Assembly (NCBI GenBank): GCA_963726455.1
Contig: CAVSCK010000004.1
Coordinates: forward strand, 832,001-896,000
Reading direction: 5' to 3'
Length of the DNA stretch: 64,000 nucleotides
Source: an uncultured bacterium
GTDB taxonomy: Bacteria; Zixibacteria; MSB-5A5; CAIYYT01
Positions 19,712 through 30,187 of this stretch are shown piece after piece (the stretch's first letter is position 1; each line of letters begins with the position of its first letter). Under the pieces are notes generated by a model. It did not search any database, was not told the origin of the DNA, and was given only the letters and a program-made list of their open reading frames with translations. A program made the position numbers and the translations under genes.

Positions 19712-20437
19712 CTAGAATACTGTCTTAACGACACTGATAATGGCAAACACCACTCCTACCGGAATCAACACAGCCGCAGCTGCTTTGCCCTTGGCGAAAT
19801 TGTAAAGCACGGCGACTCCGAAAATCAGCAACACTATCTGCCAAATGAAAAAGATGTCCGTGAGAGAATTCAGTATGATGTAAGCAAGGGACTTCATATC
19901 GCTCCCCGGCAGCAAGACCGCCAGCGAGGTGCGAACATCCATAGTCCCTTTCGATACGATCAGGGGTATCTTGACTATTTGCCCCACGACATCGACCATG
20001 TGCGTAAAGCTGACCAGTGCCACCAGCTTCATGAAGTCGACCGAACCTCCAAACACGACGGTCCCCATGATCAGGATTATAGCCGCTGACAAAAATACGA
20101 TAACCGCGGCTCCGAAGATTCCGCCGACCACGCCAATGGCGCTTGCGAGGCCCTTGAACGTCTCCATTTGCTGAACTGTTTGCTCGCGCTGCTCCTGAGA
20201 CATGTTCTCGTTTGACATTGTTTCTTGCTTCTGCTGCTCCAGAGCCAGAGGCGTCACCACATAGGCGGTGGCAGAAGAAATCAGCATGAAGATTATGAAG
20301 GGCAGTATCCACGTCGGCTTCGCCTTGATCCGTTGAAACACTCGTACCGGGCTAACAAATATGTTCCACATCATAGACCCGGCGGACTCGAGTTCTGTTT
20401 CATTAGACACAGTAATTTCGGGATTAACTTCGGTCAT
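19712..20437 (-). CDS. Yip1-domain membrane protein (YknW-like)
   Basis: 'IFVSPVRVFQRIKAKPTW', about 5 TM; first gene of efflux operon. Confidence 0.8.
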   Translation of the reverse strand: MTEVNPEITVSNETELESAGSMMWNIFVSPVRVFQRIKAKPTWILPFIIFMLISSATAYVVTPLALEQQKQETMSNENMSQEQREQTVQQMETFKGLASAIGVVGGIFGAAVIVFLSAAIILIMGTVVFGGSVDFMKLVALVSFTHMVDVVGQIVKIPLIVSKGTMDVRTSLAVLLPGSDMKSLAYIILNSLTDIFFIWQIVLLIFGVAVLYNFAKGKAAAAVLIPVGVVFAIISVVKTVF

Positions 20438-20465
20438 AATAGCTCCTCACCTATATGGTTCACTG

Positions 20466-20491
20466 AACGGAAGTTAGCGCCTAAGGTTTCA
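20466..20491 (-). promoter_or_regulatory. ECF sigma-type promoter
   Basis: TGAAAC-N16-CGTT upstream of the Yip1 gene. Confidence 0.65.
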
Positions 20492-20563
20492 AAAATCAAC
20501 TCAACTCTCGCGGGTGCGCCTTTCGGCATGGCGGGGATGGTTTGGCGGCATTATCGAGCGTTG

Positions 20564-20595
20564 AAGAAAAGGCCGGCCCTGACGTCAGGGCCGGC
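20564..20595 (-). terminator. Rho-independent terminator
   Basis: Perfect 24-bp palindrome GCCGGCCCTGACGTCAGGGCCGGC (20572-20595) followed by CTTTTCTT on the minus strand. Confidence 0.75.
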
Positions 20596-20629
20596 TTGAA
20601 TTTCCACAAAATTTGAATACCGAATCAGA

Positions 20630-21649
20630 CTATTTGGCACGAAGGAAGCTTGCGTTGATCTTCGGGAATGAGTACGCCGTCACAAATCCCATCTCGTACG
20701 CTCCATTACGAACCTTATCCTCTGTGACCGGCAGGTTGCCCTTCAGAATGACAAAAGGCGAAGGCCGGAAGAGGTCGTTGTCCGGATTGGGCTCAAGCGT
20801 TACGAGCACCGTTCCCCCGCTCAGAATGTCGATTGGCCAGCGAGAGTCAGGAACGTTTGCCGGCTTATTATTTATGAAATCCTCGCCGGGAAAATTCGGC
20901 ACCGCTCCGGCAGCACAGTGGCTGTTGTCGTAGTCGATGTAAGCCGGCGAGAAGAACTTGCCGGTCGACACTGTATCGCCATTGTTCAAGGCCACCCAGC
21001 CTTCGTATAGATACCCGGTATCCGGAAGCGTCGGAAGCGTTATTCCCGGCGCAAAGGCCTCAGTAACAACACCGCCTGTTATAGACACAATCAGATTTGT
21101 GAACCAGAGCCCATGGCGCTCGTTTTCCTTTGTCTGTCCCATGGCGGAATACCTGCCATCAGAGAATGTCCCAACGCTGAACCAGCCCTGCCCGGAGCCG
21201 AAAGCACGCGGAAATCTCAGGACTGTGGCTCTGTCAGGGACAATTGAACTGAGAGCGATTACCGTTGGCGACGGTTTCGGATCTGGATCGGTGGGGTATG
21301 GCTCCAATGTAATGGCGATCATACCGTAGTCAAATACGCTTCCCTGCGAAATCGTGAAGGTATTGCCGATGTCCTTAGTCGTGTCGGCCGGATCGAGGAA
21401 CCGGAAATCGCGCTCATCCCAGAAGAACTTGCCGAAACCCTGATAGCTGACCCAGTTGGAGTCCTGATCAACGTTGACCAGCCATCCCTCGTAAACCAAA
21501 CCTGACTTCAGTGTTGGAAATTGCACCGGGTCGAGCTGAATACGATTAAATGCATCCGTGTTTCCACCGGTCGAGTTGTCTCCACATCCACCCAGTCCCA
21601 GCAACAGCAGCAGCATCACCAGTCCACCAGCGACTATAGCTCTGAGCAT
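20630..21649 (-). CDS. Lipoprotein with two internal 'YEGW...GKF...TLEP' repeats (RskA-like fold suspected)
   Basis: Lipobox LGGC; duplicated motif. Confidence 0.6.
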   Translation of the reverse strand: MLRAIVAGGLVMLLLLLGLGGCGDNSTGGNTDAFNRIQLDPVQFPTLKSGLVYEGWLVNVDQDSNWVSYQGFGKFFWDERDFRFLDPADTTKDIGNTFTISQGSVFDYGMIAITLEPYPTDPDPKPSPTVIALSSIVPDRATVLRFPRAFGSGQGWFSVGTFSDGRYSAMGQTKENERHGLWFTNLIVSITGGVVTEAFAPGITLPTLPDTGYLYEGWVALNNGDTVSTGKFFSPAYIDYDNSHCAAGAVPNFPGEDFINNKPANVPDSRWPIDILSGGTVLVTLEPNPDNDLFRPSPFVILKGNLPVTEDKVRNGAYEMGFVTAYSFPKINASFLRAK

Positions 21650-21848
21650 GTCTACTAATCCTCCAAAACTGTATCAAAAGCAATAACTTCCGTGACCATC
21701 AGAACCAAAAGAATACCTAGTGCCACCATCACTGTCAAGTAATTTTTGGCTCCCTAAAAGAGACGTGGACGACAACGAAATGATTAAAACCGACTGCTAT
21801 CCTTGACGATAACACTAGAGGTTCGAATTTATTAACAGCGGGGAGAAT

Positions 21849-23975
21849 ATGATCGAGTGCGGAAAATGCGGTACAGAAAACCATTTTGACGGCGCCAAAT
21901 TCTGCAAGCATTGCGGCGCCGAGCTTTTGGCCTCGGTGGCCGTGGCAGTGGCAGAAGAGCAAGCCACCAAGGCACAGTCCTCTCAAACACCTGTAACACA
22001 ACAAGATATGAATACGGAGCAACGTGACTCTGATTTTGAGGTTACGGACTTGCCGACGGACGAGACGGACGCCAAGGCAAGAATCGGCGTGGACCCATCG
22101 GGCGCCGGCTTTGATCAACTGCTGAAAAGGTACGAAACAACACCTTCTCCGCAGGAAATAGCTGATTCAGCGCCAGAAGTCTCGCAGCCGATTTCATCGG
22201 ATTTGGGCATCGAATCTCCTTCCGACTACCTGATGAGCCAGGTTGAAAAGCCCGCACCGGAACAGGTCGCTCAAGTAGTCGTACCGATAAAGGTGCCCCT
22301 GGCAACGCCCTTACAAAGTGAAATAACGCAGGTGCCATCGGACTCACTCAAGCCAGCACCGAAGCAATCGATATCGGCGGATGATCGTGACCGGCTTATC
22401 ACCAGTTTACGGAAGTCGTTAAACGACGAGGAAGTCGCGCCGAAGCGGGAGGCCACCAGCCAATTCAAGGAGCCGGTGCAGCAGGCAAGCAGCTTTTCGC
22501 CTCCCCCCGTTCTTCCCAAAATCGAACCCGAGACTTCGGAACCCCAGACAGGTGCCCGGCACGCAACGGCTCCAATTCCGCTGACGGTTTTCGTACGGGG
22601 CCACAACCTTACCTTCCCTGAAAGAGTGCGATTGGTTTCGGGCGAGAGCGTTGTCTACGGAAATCAGCACTACATGATTAAGAAAGGCGCTCTCGATCGT
22701 AAGATTCTCATCGCGGGAGGCGCAATCGGGCTCATTATGCTAACGATGCTGCTGATTATTCTTTTCGGCGGTTCCAGCGCGCCCAAGCCAATGTTGTTTG
22801 GCGTTGTTACCGATGCTCAGACCAAACAAGTATTGGCGGGCATCAGCGTCAGTATTCCGCAGACCGGCGCGTCCACGATCACGGATGAAGACGGGACCTT
22901 CAAATTTGCGAACCTGGCCAACGGGCGTTATGACATCAAGATGGAGGGAATACAATACGAGCCGTTTATGATTCCGACCTCAATCAGCAATGATGAGAGC
23001 AAAGTGATGGCGGCGAGTTTGATCCCGATAGTGTCGCAGCGAGGCACATTCTCGGAAACAATTCCTCAACCAACTGATGCCAATGTCGCGAATCTCGGCC
23101 CGATCTATTCCGGGCTCAAGATCAAATGTAGTGTGACTGATGCCATGGTTATCGTGGACGGCAAGACACTCGGCTCTGTGGGCCAAACGTTCAGAAAAGT
23201 CTTGCCGGGAACGCACACGGTTGAGGTCAGACGTGATGGTTACGAGATATGGTCGCAAGAAGTGAAGCTGGACGAAGATCAGACAACAACACTCACGGTG
23301 ATTTTATCAGAAGCCAAACCAGAGAAACCAACCGAGTACTCAGCTAACGAATTCTTCCAGCAGGCGGAAGCATTGCTTGGTGAAGACAAGTACACTGAAG
23401 CCATCGGGTACTACACCCTGGCGCTGGCCAAGGACAACACGATGGTGCAGGCGTATCTGCGTCGTGCGGAAGCAAATCTGGCATCAGGCAAGTCACTCAA
23501 TGCCCGCGCCGACTACCGCTCGGCAGCCGATGTCTATTTGCACATGAATCAGTTTGCCAGTGCCGTGAGTTGTTATGATAAGATAATCGAAATGTCACCC
23601 AACGCTGCCGACGCTTATCAGCTTCGCGGCTGGGCTCAGATTTCCGCCGGTAACTACGATGCCGGACTCAAGGATTTGTCGAAGGCGCTTTCATTCAACA
23701 AGGACGACACTCAGTCACTATTTGAATACGGTAAGGCGCTGTACATAACGGGCAACTATAAAGATGCCGAAAAGACGCTCAAAAAGATTCGCAAATTCGG
23801 CGACGATAGTCCGGAGATTTACGGTTATCTCGCGCTGGCGTATCTGTCGCAAGGTAATGATTCGGACGCCCGCAAGAATTACGAGGCGTTCTCCAAACGA
23901 GCCAGTTCAGCCCAAACGGCGCGCATGACGACTGAATCGGGCTGGCAACGTCTAACGGCGATGGCAGGAAAGTAA
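21849..23975 (+). CDS. Zinc-ribbon / TM / carboxypeptidase-regulatory-like / PEGA / TPR protein
   Basis: CxxC..CxxC N-terminus, P/S/E-rich linker, single TM, 'GTHTVEVRRDGY' PEGA, C-terminal TPRs. Confidence 0.8.
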   Translation: MIECGKCGTENHFDGAKFCKHCGAELLASVAVAVAEEQATKAQSSQTPVTQQDMNTEQRDSDFEVTDLPTDETDAKARIGVDPSGAGFDQLLKRYETTPSPQEIADSAPEVSQPISSDLGIESPSDYLMSQVEKPAPEQVAQVVVPIKVPLATPLQSEITQVPSDSLKPAPKQSISADDRDRLITSLRKSLNDEEVAPKREATSQFKEPVQQASSFSPPPVLPKIEPETSEPQTGARHATAPIPLTVFVRGHNLTFPERVRLVSGESVVYGNQHYMIKKGALDRKILIAGGAIGLIMLTMLLIILFGGSSAPKPMLFGVVTDAQTKQVLAGISVSIPQTGASTITDEDGTFKFANLANGRYDIKMEGIQYEPFMIPTSISNDESKVMAASLIPIVSQRGTFSETIPQPTDANVANLGPIYSGLKIKCSVTDAMVIVDGKTLGSVGQTFRKVLPGTHTVEVRRDGYEIWSQEVKLDEDQTTTLTVILSEAKPEKPTEYSANEFFQQAEALLGEDKYTEAIGYYTLALAKDNTMVQAYLRRAEANLASGKSLNARADYRSAADVYLHMNQFASAVSCYDKIIEMSPNAADAYQLRGWAQISAGNYDAGLKDLSKALSFNKDDTQSLFEYGKALYITGNYKDAEKTLKKIRKFGDDSPEIYGYLALAYLSQGNDSDARKNYEAFSKRASSAQTARMTTESGWQRLTAMAGK

Positions 23976-24018
23976 ACAGAGTACAGCATCTAAACCGGCA
24001 ATACACGTACAGGGGTAA

Positions 24019-24052
24019 ACGGGACAGGCAGCAATGCCTGTCCCGTCTTTTT
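24019..24052 (+). terminator. Rho-independent terminator
   Basis: ACGGGACAGGCA-GCAA-TGCCTGTCCCGT followed by CTTTTT. Confidence 0.85.
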
Positions 24053-24115
24053 GTGCTTGTAGTTGATGTCAACACAGGGAAATGCGTAGTCGTGTTTGCG
24101 ACCGGCAGCGTGAGA

Positions 24116-24583
24116 CTACTTGTGATATTTACTACCTGCAGATATAGATAGCGCGCGATACAATTGCTCCAGCAGAACGATCGGAACGAGTTCGTGAGGC
24201 AAAGTCATTTTTGACAGCGAAAGCAACAGGTCTCCCTTCTTACGGACCTGCGGATCGAGTCCGAAAGCGCCTCCGATGACAAACTGCAGACGCGAGTGAT
24301 CTTTCTTCAACCGATCGAGCAACTTTGCAAGCTGCTCGGACGAAAGAGAGTCCCCTGTTGCGTCCAACACGATCGAATAGGAGGTGTCGTCTATCTGGCT
24401 TAGCAGGCGTTCCGCTTCAGTACGCATAACTTGCGGCCCAGGCAAATGGGCGCTGTCGCCCTCCTTGACATGTTTAAGCTCGACCTGCGCGTACTTACCC
24501 AGCAGCTTGGTGTAATGTTCCTGCCCCGCTTTCGCCCAACTTGATTTGACCTTTCCGACGGTTATGATTTCGATCCTGAGCAT
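24116..24583 (-). CDS. rlmH: 23S rRNA pseudouridine-1915 N3-methyltransferase
   Basis: 'FVIGGAFGL', 'LSLSKMTLPHEL', 'EQLYRA...KYHK'. Confidence 0.95.
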   Translation of the reverse strand: MLRIEIITVGKVKSSWAKAGQEHYTKLLGKYAQVELKHVKEGDSAHLPGPQVMRTEAERLLSQIDDTSYSIVLDATGDSLSSEQLAKLLDRLKKDHSRLQFVIGGAFGLDPQVRKKGDLLLSLSKMTLPHELVPIVLLEQLYRALSISAGSKYHK

Positions 24584-24981
24584 CAGCCGGCAATTACCTT
24601 AACAAAATATCGCCGCGAGCGTGGACCGTCAAACTCACAGAAGTAGACCCCTTGCCAGGTGCCCAACAACGGCGCTCTGTTTTCAATCAACAGGGTCTGT
24701 GAACAACCGATAACCGACGACTTAAGGTGCGCGTCAGAATTGCCCTCGCTGTGTTCATAACGATCTCTTTGCGGGAAGATATCGGCCAGTTTGCGAAGTA
24801 TGTCCGACTTGACTGATGGATCAGCGTTCTCATTGATCGTGATGGCCGCCGTGGTGTGCGGAGTGTAGACGAAGCAGATACCGGCTTTAGTCCCCGTGCG
24901 CAGTACGAATGACGATACGGATTCGGTGATGTCGAGTAGCTGATTGCGACTGGAAGTTGAAATACTGAATTGCTCGATCAT
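24583..24981 (-). CDS. yjbQ: YjbQ/UPF0047 family protein
   Basis: 'HTTAAITINE', 'HSEGNSDAHLK', 'GTWQG...EFDGPR'. Confidence 0.92.
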   Translation of the reverse strand: MIEQFSISTSSRNQLLDITESVSSFVLRTGTKAGICFVYTPHTTAAITINENADPSVKSDILRKLADIFPQRDRYEHSEGNSDAHLKSSVIGCSQTLLIENRAPLLGTWQGVYFCEFDGPRSRRYFVKVIAG

Positions 24982-25895
24982 GAAAACAATGCTTCGACAA
25001 AATCACTCGGCTTGAATTCATCGAGATCGTCCATCTGCTCGCCGATTCCAATCAACACAATCGGCAGTTTGTAGCGATCGACAATCGAGAACACGGCGCC
25101 GCCCTTGGCAGTGCCGTCAAGTTTGGTAACGATGATGCCGTCGATGTCGAGCATTTTCTTGAAGATTTCCACCTGTTGTAGTGCATTCTGACCCGTGGTA
25201 CCATCAAGGACGAGCAACGTGCGGTGCGGCGCATCCGGCATTGCCTTCTTCAGTACACGCTTCACTTTGCTCAGTTCTTCCATCAGGTTGAGCTTCGTGT
25301 GGAGCCGACCGGCAGTGTCGATGACAACGACATCATCCCCGCGCGCCGTCGCGGAAGATACAGAATCGTAAGCGACCGCTGCGGAATCGCCCCCCTCTTG
25401 TCCCTTGACCAGATGACAGCCGACACGGTCCGCCCAGATGGCGAGTTGATCGATGGCGGCCGCGCGGAAAGTGTCCGCCGCCGCAATGGTGACTTTCTTT
25501 CCGTCCGACACAAAACGGCGGGCAATCTTGGCAATGGAAGTTGTTTTGCCGGTGCCGTTGACACCAACAATCAGGATCACCTGCGGTTTGTGGGTAACTT
25601 CAAAGAACGGCATCTGCGGCATGCTGTTGAATATGTCTTTGAGGCATTCGCGCAGCAGTTGGAACACCTCATCGGAATTGTCGATTCCGCGTTCCGCTAC
25701 TTTCTTCTTGAGATCTTCTATGACGGTTGCCGCAGTGTCGACGCCGAGGTCGGCAGAAATCAGGATTTCCTCGATTTCGTCCAGCAGCGCATCATCGATC
25801 TTTTTGTGGAGACCGACGGCGGCCTTGATCTTGGTGACGAGATTTTCTTTGGTTTTGAGCAGCCCCGCGGCCAGTTTCTTGAACGAAAACCCCAT
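24978..25895 (-). CDS. ftsY: SRP receptor FtsY (short, NG-only form)
   Basis: GVNGTGKTT, DTFRAAA, DTAGRL, TKLDGTAKGG. Confidence 0.97.
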   Translation of the reverse strand: MGFSFKKLAAGLLKTKENLVTKIKAAVGLHKKIDDALLDEIEEILISADLGVDTAATVIEDLKKKVAERGIDNSDEVFQLLRECLKDIFNSMPQMPFFEVTHKPQVILIVGVNGTGKTTSIAKIARRFVSDGKKVTIAAADTFRAAAIDQLAIWADRVGCHLVKGQEGGDSAAVAYDSVSSATARGDDVVVIDTAGRLHTKLNLMEELSKVKRVLKKAMPDAPHRTLLVLDGTTGQNALQQVEIFKKMLDIDGIIVTKLDGTAKGGAVFSIVDRYKLPIVLIGIGEQMDDLDEFKPSDFVEALFS

Positions 25896-28800
25896 CAGAC
25901 TTCCCCGGCCTCATCACCACCCTCTGGTTTCGCGGTTGACTGTACCACGGTGTCGGGAACTGGCTCGGCCTCCGGTTCGGGCGCAGGAGTTTCGTCCGGC
26001 TGCGCCTCGCTCTCCGTGAATTTGAGCGCCTCGATTTCGATCGGTTTGCCCATGGCGTCGAAATCGACCGAGACAATCTGGCTAACGCCCGGCTGTTGCA
26101 TGGTTACGCCGTAAAGTCGATTGCATTGTTCCATCGTGCGCTTGTTGTGCGTGATCAGGATGAACTGGGTACGCTGCGAGAACTGCCGGATCATTTTCAG
26201 GAAGCGATTGACATTGGCGTCGTCCAGCGGCGCATCAACTTCATCGAGAATGCAAAACGGCGACGGCTTCACGAGGTAGATCGCAAAGAGCAGCGAAATT
26301 GCGGTAAGTGCCTTTTCACCGCCCGACAATTGCGTGATATTCAAGAGTCGCTTGCCGCGCGGACGCGCAGAGATTTGAATCGGCGACTCTAGCGGATCAT
26401 TGTCGTCCTCCAATTTCAGGTCGGCTTCGCCACCCTGGAAAAGATCACTGAAGACCTGTTGGAAGTTGGTGCGCACTTTGGTGAAAGTTTCCACGAACAT
26501 ATTGCGCGCGGTGGTGTTAATACGCGTGATCGTAGTTTTGAGATCGTCCTTCGCCTTGGTGAGGTCGGCAATCTGTTGGCCGAGGAATCGCTCGCGCTCG
26601 GCTTCTCTTTCATATTCTTCCAAGGCCAGCATGTTGACCAGTCCGAGTTGCTGTTGCTTGGTGCGGCACTCCGCAAGTTCGGTATCCAATTCTGCGAAGG
26701 TCTGCTCCGACAGTGGTTCAGGTAAGGTCATCTCGTCGGCGATAATTCCGAAAGTGTCATGCAACTGGCGGACAACGTCTTCATGCTTGGCATGGAGTTC
26801 GGTTTCGCTGACCAACAGATGTTGACCGTCTTCATTGATCTGATCGCGATTCTTGCGCGATGCCTTCAAGAGCTGATCGAATTCCGATTGCTTTTCGCCG
26901 ATCTCGGCCTGACGCTTGACCAGATGTACTTCCTGCTGGTGCAGTGTTTCGCGTTCGGAAGACGTTTCCGTAAACTGATCCCGCAGTTCGATCAGCGCAT
27001 CTTTCAGACTTTCAATTTCGACCAGCCGCTGTTCGCAGGCCTTTCTTCTTGTCTCGCTCTGGACTTCCAGTTCCTGTGTCAACTCATCCACACGGCGCAG
27101 ATTGTTCTCCAGCGAATTGCGCTCCGTCTGCAATTTCACAGTACGCAGTCGCAATTCCTCCTGCTCGCGTCCCAGTTTGGCGACTTCCTGCTCGATCGCT
27201 TCGAGAGCGGAATTGTGCGCCTGTAGCGTTTGCTGTTTGCCTTCGGAATCGCCCTGCAGTCGGCTGGCATCTTCCTGCAGCCGAGCCATCTGCTGATTAT
27301 ACTCGCCCAGTTTTTCTTCCAGACGGGTTGCGTCAGCGGACGTTTGCTGCACCCGTTCCTCGAGTTGTTTCTGTTGCAGCGAATGGCGCGTGGACTCCAA
27401 CTGTAAATTCGTCTGCGACCAGCGCAACTGTTCAAGTTGCTGGTTGAATTCCGTGAGGAGGTCGTGAAGGTGATCCCGTTCTGACTGAAGCTGCGTCAGC
27501 TCGCCTTCGGCAGCGGCCAGGCCTGAATTACTGGATTCAAGACGTTGCCGCAGGCGTGCAAGTTCGCTCTCGCGTCCCAGCAAGGCCACCGGCTTGTCGG
27601 CGCCGCCTTGGTGGAGAACCTTCGACGGATAGTAATGACCGTCAATCGTGACTACACGGAACTCGCCCTGGCTCCAATCGAGCAGTTTTTCGGCGGCGGC
27701 TTTGTCGGTAACGACTAGGACGTCGCCCAAAAGCAACTCAACCAGCTTGTGATATTCTTCGCGCGCCGTAACAACTTCCGAGGCACGGATAATGTTACCG
27801 CCGAAGCCACCCGGGCGAGCCATTTTGGTGTCGCGCTGCCAAAGGTCGAGTTCGGATTTCACGATAAAAGTTGCCCGGCCAAAATTATTCGCCTGCAGGA
27901 ATGCCACTGCTGCATTGGCGGCCGCGCGATCCCGGACGACGATATATTCGGCCGCTTCACCAAGAGCCATCTCGACGGCGCGCAAATATTCGGTGTCGGT
28001 TTGAATCAGATTTGCTGCCGTATCGATTACGCCCGGAAGTTGTTCACGATTCGCAAAGATGGCGGTGACTCCGGAGCCGTAGCCCTCGTAATGTGCAATC
28101 ATTCGCTGGTGCAATTCGATCTGCGCGCTCAGCGAGCGAACGTCGAGGACGAACTCAGACACCTGCGCACTTAGCTCCGTAATTCTCGCTTCCGTGGTTG
28201 CCAAGGCCGACTCAGAATCCTTAGCCCTTTGATCGAGAGTTTCGGTCTCCTGCGCTACTGTACTCTGCCGCGTGGCAATTTCCGTGACTGCGGCAGCAGT
28301 CTTGGCGAGATTTGCCTGATACTCGTCTAGCTTGAGACGTGACTCTTCCAACTCGCGTGCGGTATCGCCGATCTGCATATCCAGATGCCGCCGCCCCTGC
28401 TCCGAGAGATTCTTTTTGCCCTCAATTTCGAACAGATCACGTTGATAAACCTGCCCCGACTTGCGTTCTTCATCGCGCGCGGCAATCTTCTCTGCCAGTC
28501 GCGACTCCAACTCTGCGAGATCATGCTGGGCGGTTTCGAACCCGACTTTCGCCTGCTCAAGCTGGTCCCCGAGCGATACCTTTTCGCGGGCAAGTTGGAC
28601 CGCTTTGGACTTCATGCTTTCGATTTCTTTGCCGTCAGTCTGATTGGCGATTTCAGACGAACTGATCTTTTCTTCGGTAACGGAGATTTCGCGTTCCAAG
28701 CGATAGCAGTTGGACGATATCTCTTCGAATTTCGCACGCAGCTGCTTGATCTCTTCGCTCAACTCAAGCGACTGGCCGGAATAATCCTCGCGTGCCAATT

Positions 28801-29596
28801 CCCAACGGTCAATTTCACCCGATACTTCGGCCATCTTGATTTGGTTCTGCCTCTTGTCGTCGCGAACTTGATGCAGTTGCTTTGAAAGTCGGCGATAACT
28901 TTCCTTCAGCAGAACCTGCCCGACCGTCTTGATCCGGTCGTCATAATATTTGTAGCGCTCCGCTTTTTTCATCTGGCGGCTCAGACTGTTCACCTGCGTG
29001 GACACTTCGGAATGAATATCAGACAGGCGCAGCAGATCATTGTCGGTCGCCTCCAGCTTGCGCAACGCGGCTTTCTTGCGTTCCTTGTACTTGGTAATTC
29101 CCGCCGCTTCTTCAAATAGCATCCGCCGTTGGTCGGCCTTGTCGGAAAGAATCGACTCGACCATGTCGAGCTCGATAGCTGAGTACGCATGCGCGCCCAT
29201 GCCGGTATCCGCAAACATCTCGGTGATATCCTTGAGCCGGCATTGTACGCGGTTGAGCAAATACTCCGACTCACCGGAGCGGTACAATCTGCGCGTCACC
29301 GTGACATGGCTGTATTCTATTGGTAGAGTGTGATTGTCGTTTACGATATGCAGGGAAACTTCCGCCATACCCAGCGGTTTCATTTCGCGCGTTCCCGAAA
29401 AGATAACGTCCTCCATCTTGCCGCCGCGCAGGATCGAAATGCGCTGCTCGCCGAGTACCCAGCGGATGGCATCGAGAACGTTGGTCTTGCCGCAGCCATT
29501 GGGACCGACGACGCCGGTAATACCGTTGGCGAAGTCGACCGTGGTCTTCAGGGGGAACGACTTGAATCCGATTATTTCCAATCCCGATAGGTACAA
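25895..29596 (-). CDS. smc: Chromosome segregation protein SMC
   Basis: GPNGCGKTN, coiled coils, hinge 'GRATF', LSGGEK, DEVDAPLD. Confidence 0.97.
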   Translation of the reverse strand: MYLSGLEIIGFKSFPLKTTVDFANGITGVVGPNGCGKTNVLDAIRWVLGEQRISILRGGKMEDVIFSGTREMKPLGMAEVSLHIVNDNHTLPIEYSHVTVTRRLYRSGESEYLLNRVQCRLKDITEMFADTGMGAHAYSAIELDMVESILSDKADQRRMLFEEAAGITKYKERKKAALRKLEATDNDLLRLSDIHSEVSTQVNSLSRQMKKAERYKYYDDRIKTVGQVLLKESYRRLSKQLHQVRDDKRQNQIKMAEVSGEIDRWELAREDYSGQSLELSEEIKQLRAKFEEISSNCYRLEREISVTEEKISSSEIANQTDGKEIESMKSKAVQLAREKVSLGDQLEQAKVGFETAQHDLAELESRLAEKIAARDEERKSGQVYQRDLFEIEGKKNLSEQGRRHLDMQIGDTARELEESRLKLDEYQANLAKTAAAVTEIATRQSTVAQETETLDQRAKDSESALATTEARITELSAQVSEFVLDVRSLSAQIELHQRMIAHYEGYGSGVTAIFANREQLPGVIDTAANLIQTDTEYLRAVEMALGEAAEYIVVRDRAAANAAVAFLQANNFGRATFIVKSELDLWQRDTKMARPGGFGGNIIRASEVVTAREEYHKLVELLLGDVLVVTDKAAAEKLLDWSQGEFRVVTIDGHYYPSKVLHQGGADKPVALLGRESELARLRQRLESSNSGLAAAEGELTQLQSERDHLHDLLTEFNQQLEQLRWSQTNLQLESTRHSLQQKQLEERVQQTSADATRLEEKLGEYNQQMARLQEDASRLQGDSEGKQQTLQAHNSALEAIEQEVAKLGREQEELRLRTVKLQTERNSLENNLRRVDELTQELEVQSETRRKACEQRLVEIESLKDALIELRDQFTETSSERETLHQQEVHLVKRQAEIGEKQSEFDQLLKASRKNRDQINEDGQHLLVSETELHAKHEDVVRQLHDTFGIIADEMTLPEPLSEQTFAELDTELAECRTKQQQLGLVNMLALEEYEREAERERFLGQQIADLTKAKDDLKTTITRINTTARNMFVETFTKVRTNFQQVFSDLFQGGEADLKLEDDNDPLESPIQISARPRGKRLLNITQLSGGEKALTAISLLFAIYLVKPSPFCILDEVDAPLDDANVNRFLKMIRQFSQRTQFILITHNKRTMEQCNRLYGVTMQQPGVSQIVSVDFDAMGKPIEIEALKFTESEAQPDETPAPEPEAEPVPDTVVQSTAKPEGGDEAGEV

Positions 29597-29608
29597 AATC
29601 TTCTCCTC

Positions 29609-30187
29609 TTAGGTCAGGTTGAGCTGCCCGCCGATTTTGATAGCGGCCGACTGCAATTGAATCGATGTCAGCAAGTCGATCATGTGGCGATAGGTTTTCA
29701 ATTCGTCGGTGTGATAGTCCGACTTGACCAGGAAATTATGAATCGGCATGCCCCAGACGTCGGCCAGTCCAATGCGCAACCCGGCGCCCGAATGCATTGC
29801 CACCATTGCGTTGAAAACATTACGGCGTGTTTCGAAGTCCATCAACACAGTGGCTTTGAAATCGCTCACCTTGCTGAAAAACTCGCTCTTGGGTAAGCCG
29901 ATCATGTTGGTTACGTGAATGTCCGGCGAAATGGCATGAATGCCGGTCTTGCGCGTCACCTCGGTACAGCCGGACGGCACGACAACCAGCAGATCGCTCG
30001 ATGGAAAAACCGTCGGCAGTTCCGAGATCATACGTAATAACAAACTGTTCGTCTGGATGCCGTGGGGCAGCGTAATCAACATTCTCTTGCTGCCTTGAAT
30101 CGACGACGGAAATTCGAATAGTCCCTGCTGAAGCCCACGGCTTCTGCGGCGAATCACCCAATGCTGCATCCGTTCTCTCAGCTTCAT
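29609..30187 (-). CDS. Hypothetical protein (possibly GT9-like N-terminal Rossmann half)
   Basis: Coupled between rodZ-like gene and smc; 'LMDF...SGAGLRIG' resembles a heptosyltransferase-like segment. Confidence 0.5.
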   Translation of the reverse strand: MKLRERMQHWVIRRRSRGLQQGLFEFPSSIQGSKRMLITLPHGIQTNSLLLRMISELPTVFPSSDLLVVVPSGCTEVTRKTGIHAISPDIHVTNMIGLPKSEFFSKVSDFKATVLMDFETRRNVFNAMVAMHSGAGLRIGLADVWGMPIHNFLVKSDYHTDELKTYRHMIDLLTSIQLQSAAIKIGGQLNLT

